NCBI GenBank assembly: GCA_023920165.1
Contig: CP089281.1
Span: 682,001 to 746,000, forward strand
Source: Curvularia clavata
Taxonomy: Eukaryota
Length of the DNA stretch: 64,000 nucleotides
Direction of reading: 5' to 3'
Shown: positions 59,019 to 64,000 of the stretch, piece after piece
How the letters are laid out: every line of letters begins with the position of its first letter
How positions within the stretch are numbered: position 1 is the stretch's first letter
Translations under genes and position numbers: made by a program
Notes under the pieces: model-generated
What the model was told of the DNA's origin: nothing
Databases searched by the model: none
What the model saw: only the letters and a program-made list of their open reading frames with translations

Positions 59019-60774
59019 ATGGTTGACTACGCCCCATACACGCCAGGCATGGCTCACGACTTTGAGCTCTATGCCCACAATCAGGAACAGCACATCGATT
59101 ACCAACAGAACCAGTCTTTCATGCCCAGCTCAACATTCGGCATGGATCACTCTTTCACTGCACCTTTCGACCACATGGCTCCTCTGTCAGAGGCCTCAAG
59201 GCTACAAGACCTTCAGTTCCACTACGACGCCATTGCACAGGGAGTCAAGCCATACCAGTACCAAACACCAGCGGGATCTCCTCAATCAACATCGAACTCT
59301 TTCCACGAGATGCCTCCTGTTCTTTCAGCCTCGTCAGAGTCTGGTGCTTCAGTATCCTCATCAGCTATGGGCTCTCCATCACTTGTACCCCAATTCGACA
59401 ACTCATGGCAGCCAATGCCTGTGGGCCTCACATCCGGCTACGAGTACTCAGGCATGGTAGCAAACGACAAGTCGTATGTGGGTAAGTCAACAACAATTTC
59501 TTCCACAGTCACCGCGTCTTCTTCTTTCTCTCCTTCATCTGTCGTGTCTTTCACATCGCCAATCTCGAACAAAAACGTCTTCAAGACACCTGTTACTCCG
59601 GCTTCGGCCACTAGGAGGTCGAATTCCCTTTACTGCCTCCAAGCTCATCAACGCGACTCTTCGTTGGTTGTTTCTTCTTCTATCTCATCAACGCCGCGTT
59701 TCTCTAAGTCATTTCCAACTTGTTGGTTACCTTCAACTTTGAAAGGCTCTATATGCTAACATGTCTCAAGTAGATCCTAATCTCATCCAGCCTTTCGCCT
59801 TCGCGCCTCAGAGCCCCTACCCTGAGATCAGGACTACCCCATCTCCCTATTTCCCTGTTATTGAGCAACCACCCTCTCCAGCTCTCTCCCAGTTCTCCTC
59901 ACACAGCCAGCGACCAGGCTCCGCAAACATCAAGAGGGGTAGCGCCAGCCCCTACCTTCACACTCAACAATATCACCCTTACAACACCCAACGTCGAAGC
60001 TCAGTCAACTCCATTCACTCACACCACTCTGCTACGAGCCGCAAGAGCTCCAGCAGCTACGACGTGGACGATGAAACACGCGAGAAAGGCATGTGCCCGC
60101 TCCCAGAGTGTGGACGTGTCTTTAAAGATCTCAAAGCACACATGCTCACCCACCAGAACGAGAGACCCGAGAAGTGCCCGATTACCACTTGCGAGTATCA
60201 TGTCAAGGGGTTTGCAAGGAAGTACGACAAGAACCGTCATACTCTCACTCACTACAAGGGCACCATGGTCTGTGGCTTCTGCCCGGGTAGTGGTTCAGCG
60301 GCTGAGAAGTCGTTCAACCGCGCTGATGTCTTCAAGAGGCATCTCACATCTGTCCATGGCGTTGAGCAAAACCCTCCAAACAGCCGCAAGAGGAGCTCGT
60401 CAGGCCGCAAGTCATACAGTGGCGCACAGCCCAACGTCGCTGGTACTTGCTCCACTTGCTCAGTAACCTTCGCCAACGCACAAGAGTTCTACGAGCACTT
60501 GGATGACTGTGTGCTGCGTGTCGTGCAGCAAACCGACCCCACCGAGGCCATCAACCAACGCCTCCTCACATCTGTTGCAGAGGACAAGAACGTCACCGAG
60601 ACTCTTGACCGAAACGGTCTCTCCAAGAGCATCGAGTACACAATCCCCAAGTACGAGGATGATGATGAAGAAGATTACGAAGAAGAAGAGATCGACAACG
60701 ACGACCAGGATGATGCAACATGGGGCAGCCGTCGCTCAGGCAAAGGCAGTAGCAAGTCAGCCAAGTCGCATTGA
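59019..60774 (+). CDS. C2H2 zinc-finger transcription factor with four fingers; 487 aa using intron 59482-59773; probable readthrough isoform ending at 61242
   Basis: ccaccATGg start. Fingers: CPLPECGRVFKDLKAHMLTH, CPITTCEYHVKGFARKYDKNRHTLTH, CGFC..FKRHLTSVH and CSTC..FYEHLDDC, followed by an acidic tail. Size and finger number recall Magnaporthe COS1, but I cannot confirm orthology. Confidence 0.92.
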
Positions 60775-61242
60775 CAATCAACACATCCTCGAGGTGTCGG
60801 CGCAACGCAGCACGTCGAGGGTGGTAACCCAGCTCAACAAATTTCTTCATCTCGCGTTACCAGGTCTGGTCCGCGTCCTGGTCTCACCTTCTCTAAAGGC
60901 GGTGTGGCCATCACCGGTGCCGGACGCAAGAAGCGCAAAAACTACCCTGTCTCATGGGGCTGCGCTACCGACAAGATGAAGATGAAGAAGCGTGTCCTGT
61001 GTGTATATGACGGACAACGCAGACTGTGGAAAGACGATATGATGCTTGACCAAGAGTTTGAAGTACGCATGAAGCTGCCTGATGGCAAGGCGTACGTCAC
61101 AGACTTGGATGTGCAGACGCTTAACCGCGCCGATGCACTACACGGTGCCACTGCCGAAGAGAGGGGCACGTGGGTACCTGACAACATCATTGGCAATAGC
61201 GCTCCATCCATGGAGCCAATGCCACTTGAATGGACTGTTTAA
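60775..61242 (+). CDS. In-frame 155-aa C-terminal extension after the TGA (putative readthrough domain)
   Basis: Same frame as the finger exon with no stop until TAA at 61240-61242. Protein-like sequence: GLTFSKGGV..GRKKRKNYPVSWG..KMKKRVLCVYDGQRRLWKDDMMLD..YVTDLDVQTL. Confidence 0.75.
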   Translation, partial: QSTHPRGVGATQHVEGGNPAQQISSSRVTRSGPRPGLTFSKGGVAITGAGRKKRKNYPVSWGCATDKMKMKKRVLCVYDGQRRLWKDDMMLDQEFEVRMKLPDGKAYVTDLDVQTLNRADALHGATAEERGTWVPDNIIGNSAPSMEPMPLEWTV

Positions 61243-62012
61243 AGTACCTGTGGGGCAAACATCACTTGAAGTTTGTCTTTCTTTGGATTCGAGCATTTGG
61301 AAGCGAACGCATTTGTGCAACAATTTTTTTGGGATTTCCAAATGACACACAAAGCAAACAAAAAAGGTTACATGGGCAGGTTTCATGGTTGACCCGTACA
61401 CAGAGACGGCTGATGACATGCAATGACTACGAGAATTGTTTGTTGTACTACCAAGATTTTGTTATTTATTTTTCTCTATTACCGATCGATACCACTGGGA
61501 GTTTTGTACTCTTGTCTTGTCCTTCCTCATTCTCGGGCTTGTTGGCGTTGACAAGGGAAGGACTAATGAGTGGATATGAATGGAAACAACATATATCATA
61601 CGTGGCTGGCCGCAGGATGTAGTGTTTTTCTCTGATCTCTCTCACTCAGAATCATGCTCCTGCATTTAGCACAATCAATTAAAACATACTAGTTAAATAT
61701 TCCAGGTCTTTTGTAATGCGCAAAATGTGATATTAGCTACGATAATCACAGCTTCAGAATTATAGTAAAGTCGACGTTTAGCATGAAAACCCAATTTCAC
61801 GTTAAGGATTCATCCTTGCCATACATGTAACTGCATTCTCAATGACAGCAGATTATGATGCGAAAGGAAAGGGTCCGTGCTCAGTCACGGCTCAGCAGCG
61901 CCCCGCCGTGGGGAAGGCAACAGCGGCGGAGGCAGCTTGGAGCTCCATCATCGCCTGCCCGCCCGTCCGCTTGCCCAGCGCCGCAACGACACTACACACG
62001 ACTCACTCCATA

Positions 62013-63572
62013 ATGGCTTCCAGCATTGAGCAGTCACCATTCTTCCTGCAGCAGAAGTCCAGAGGCGAAATCATCGTCAAAGGTATGAAGCCAGTCGATA
62101 CTGTGTCGTGGGGGCAAACGTGCTAATGTATTAGACCCTCCCAAGTTCGATCTTGAGTCTTATATTGCTAATTACACCGGTATGGAAGTAACACACATGC
62201 GACACTTGGCGCATACTAATGCTCTCTGCTAGGCTATACGCGGATTGATCGCCTTTACCACATCGGCGCCCACTCACCGTACCTTGCCGTTGACGCGTAT
62301 CGCCTTGCCATTGCGGAAACAAAGAAGGGAAAGAATGTCGGACTGTACACAAGGTTGGTCGAGGATTTCAGCAGCATAGCACCAAACGATCCTGCTGCGC
62401 TGCTCGATACAGCATGGGCCGAAAAGAAGACACGGGAAGTTCGAGAGGAGCATGACAGGCTGGAACACGAGCTGAAGTCGTATAAGAACAACTTGATCAA
62501 GGAAAGCATACGGGTAAGTGGATAGGAATGGTGAATCTAATGTGGCTCTAACAGACCGCAGATGGGCAACGAGGATCTTGGCCACTTCTACTATGACACC
62601 GGCGACTTCACCAATGCACACAAGGCATACATGAGGATGCGTGAACATTGCACTTCGTCGAAGCACCTCGCCGATATGACACTTCGCCTCGTATTCGTCA
62701 GCATCGGACAAAAGTCATGGACAAACGTACTGGCAAACCTAGCTAAGTCGGAAGCTACCCAGATTAAAGGTGAAGAGAAGGCCAAGCTGGAGCTCATTGT
62801 ATCTGCATGCAATGGTCTATGCAACATGGAAATGGGCAGCTTCAGGGAGGCCGCGACGGCCTTCCTCAACACGTCGGCAGCATACATCACGGCTGAACCT
62901 GCGGCAGGAATCAAATGGCAGAAGGAGGTCATTTCTCCCAATGACATCGCTGTCTACGGTGGTCTCTGCGCGCTCGCATACATGGACCGAAGTGACCTGC
63001 AAAGCAAAGTACTCGCAAACGCCGAGTTCCGGAACTTCCTGGAGCTCGAACCGCACATTCGCCGCGCCATCAATCTTTTCTGCAACTCCAAGTACAGCGC
63101 CTGTCTCGAGGTGCTCGAGGGTTACCGAAATGACTACCTCCTCGACGTGTATCTTTCAAAAATTCTGCCTACAATCTACAGTCGGATCCGCAACAAGAGC
63201 ATTGTACAGTATTTCATACCTTTCAGCTGTGTCACACTGGACGAGATGGCATCAAAGTTTCCTCCAGCCGAAGGCAGAACCATCGAAGAGGACTTGGAAG
63301 AGATGATCAAAAACCGCCAGCTGGACGCACGGATAGATCTCGTCGACCGTTTACTCATCTCTCCACCAAAAGATCCTCGCCATGAAGTTCAAGAAGAGGC
63401 TCTCAAGATGGCAGAGTCGTACGACCATACCCTTCGCCTCCGACTAACACGTCTAAATATGTTGGCAGCTGGGTTGGAGGTCCAGCCAAACAAAGCAGGC
63501 GACAAGGCACCTGGCATGGGCAGCGGCATTGGTGACACATTCCGGGGTCTGGGTTCCAAAATGGGCTTCTAG
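62013..63572 (+). CDS. CSN1: COP9 signalosome subunit 1 (exons 62013-62082, 62135-62179, 62233-62513, 62562-63572)
   Basis: PKFDLESYIANYTG, ELKSYKNNLIKESIRMGNEDLG, YGGLCALA, FRNFLELEP and PCI-domain LDARID; three canonical introns. Confidence 0.93.
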
Positions 63573-64000
63573 GCGAAGTCGGCGACCAAATAAGATAGAA
63601 TACCGGGCGACGACGACAACGAGGAGAGCAGTAGCAGCGACAGCCCAGAGGCTTAGGAAACGGAGGAGACTGTCCTACAACACCTAACACGAGAGCCGAC
63701 CGTGCCGAGACGGCTCCTGAGGCGGAAGCGTAGAAGTAGTTATTAGCATTTGCAAGGAGTTTTTGTTTTTGTTTGTTTACTTTATCATACTTTGGGGGCA
63801 AGTACTACGGCGCGCGTTCAGGTTAGCGAAGACCCGGGCATAAGCAAAGCGGCATTCTGGCGTTGGGGGAAGGAGAGCGGCTGTGAATCAGATGGGAAAT
63901 GCGAGACATGGACAGAAAGGAAGAGCATATAACAGAGTTTCTTGTAATCAGCATAATTACATGAAACTCTTCGGTTCCTCTTTTTGGTTCTGCCTTGAAG

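Noticed and set aside
60749..60832. An in-frame 84-nt GT..AG that would splice out the TGA of the C2H2 gene
   Set aside because: Poor donor (GTAGCA), no properly spaced CTRAC branch point and no pyrimidine tract, unlike the real introns here. Disfavoured, but only RNA-seq can exclude it.
60904..61242. A separate 112-aa gene (ORF track)
   Set aside because: It starts at GTG, has no room for a promoter and is in frame with the upstream CDS; better explained as part of the readthrough extension.

Overview
Eukaryotic, intron-containing DNA from a filamentous ascomycete (GT..CTRAC..YAG introns; probably Dothideomycetes/Pleosporales, which is my inference). I can reconstruct about 24 genes: HSL-type alpha/beta hydrolase, Hsp90, a divergent GH105 + ACS/DAL5-type MFS pair, flavin reductase-like protein, SDR, APC11, mercaptopyruvate sulfurtransferase, a Pif1-family helicase carrying an RNase H1-type hybrid-binding domain, Rrn9-domain protein, metallophosphoesterase, secreted type-B carboxylesterase, NIF3-like protein, AlaX editing protein, GH16 glucanase, a CorA-like pseudogene, a processive GT2 synthase, a four-finger C2H2 transcription factor, CSN1 and several hypothetical proteins. 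I saw no tRNA, rRNA, CRISPR or intact transposon. The best candidate for an undescribed system is the C2H2 gene (59019-61242). Its TGA stop is followed by CAATCA (CARYYA readthrough motif), then a stem-loop 9 nt downstream and a 155-codon in-frame, protein-like extension, which suggests programmed stop-codon readthrough. The same gene also has a single weak-context uORF, a 5'UTR intron and two in-phase alternative 5' splice donors. All gene models and family calls were made by eye; no searches were run.
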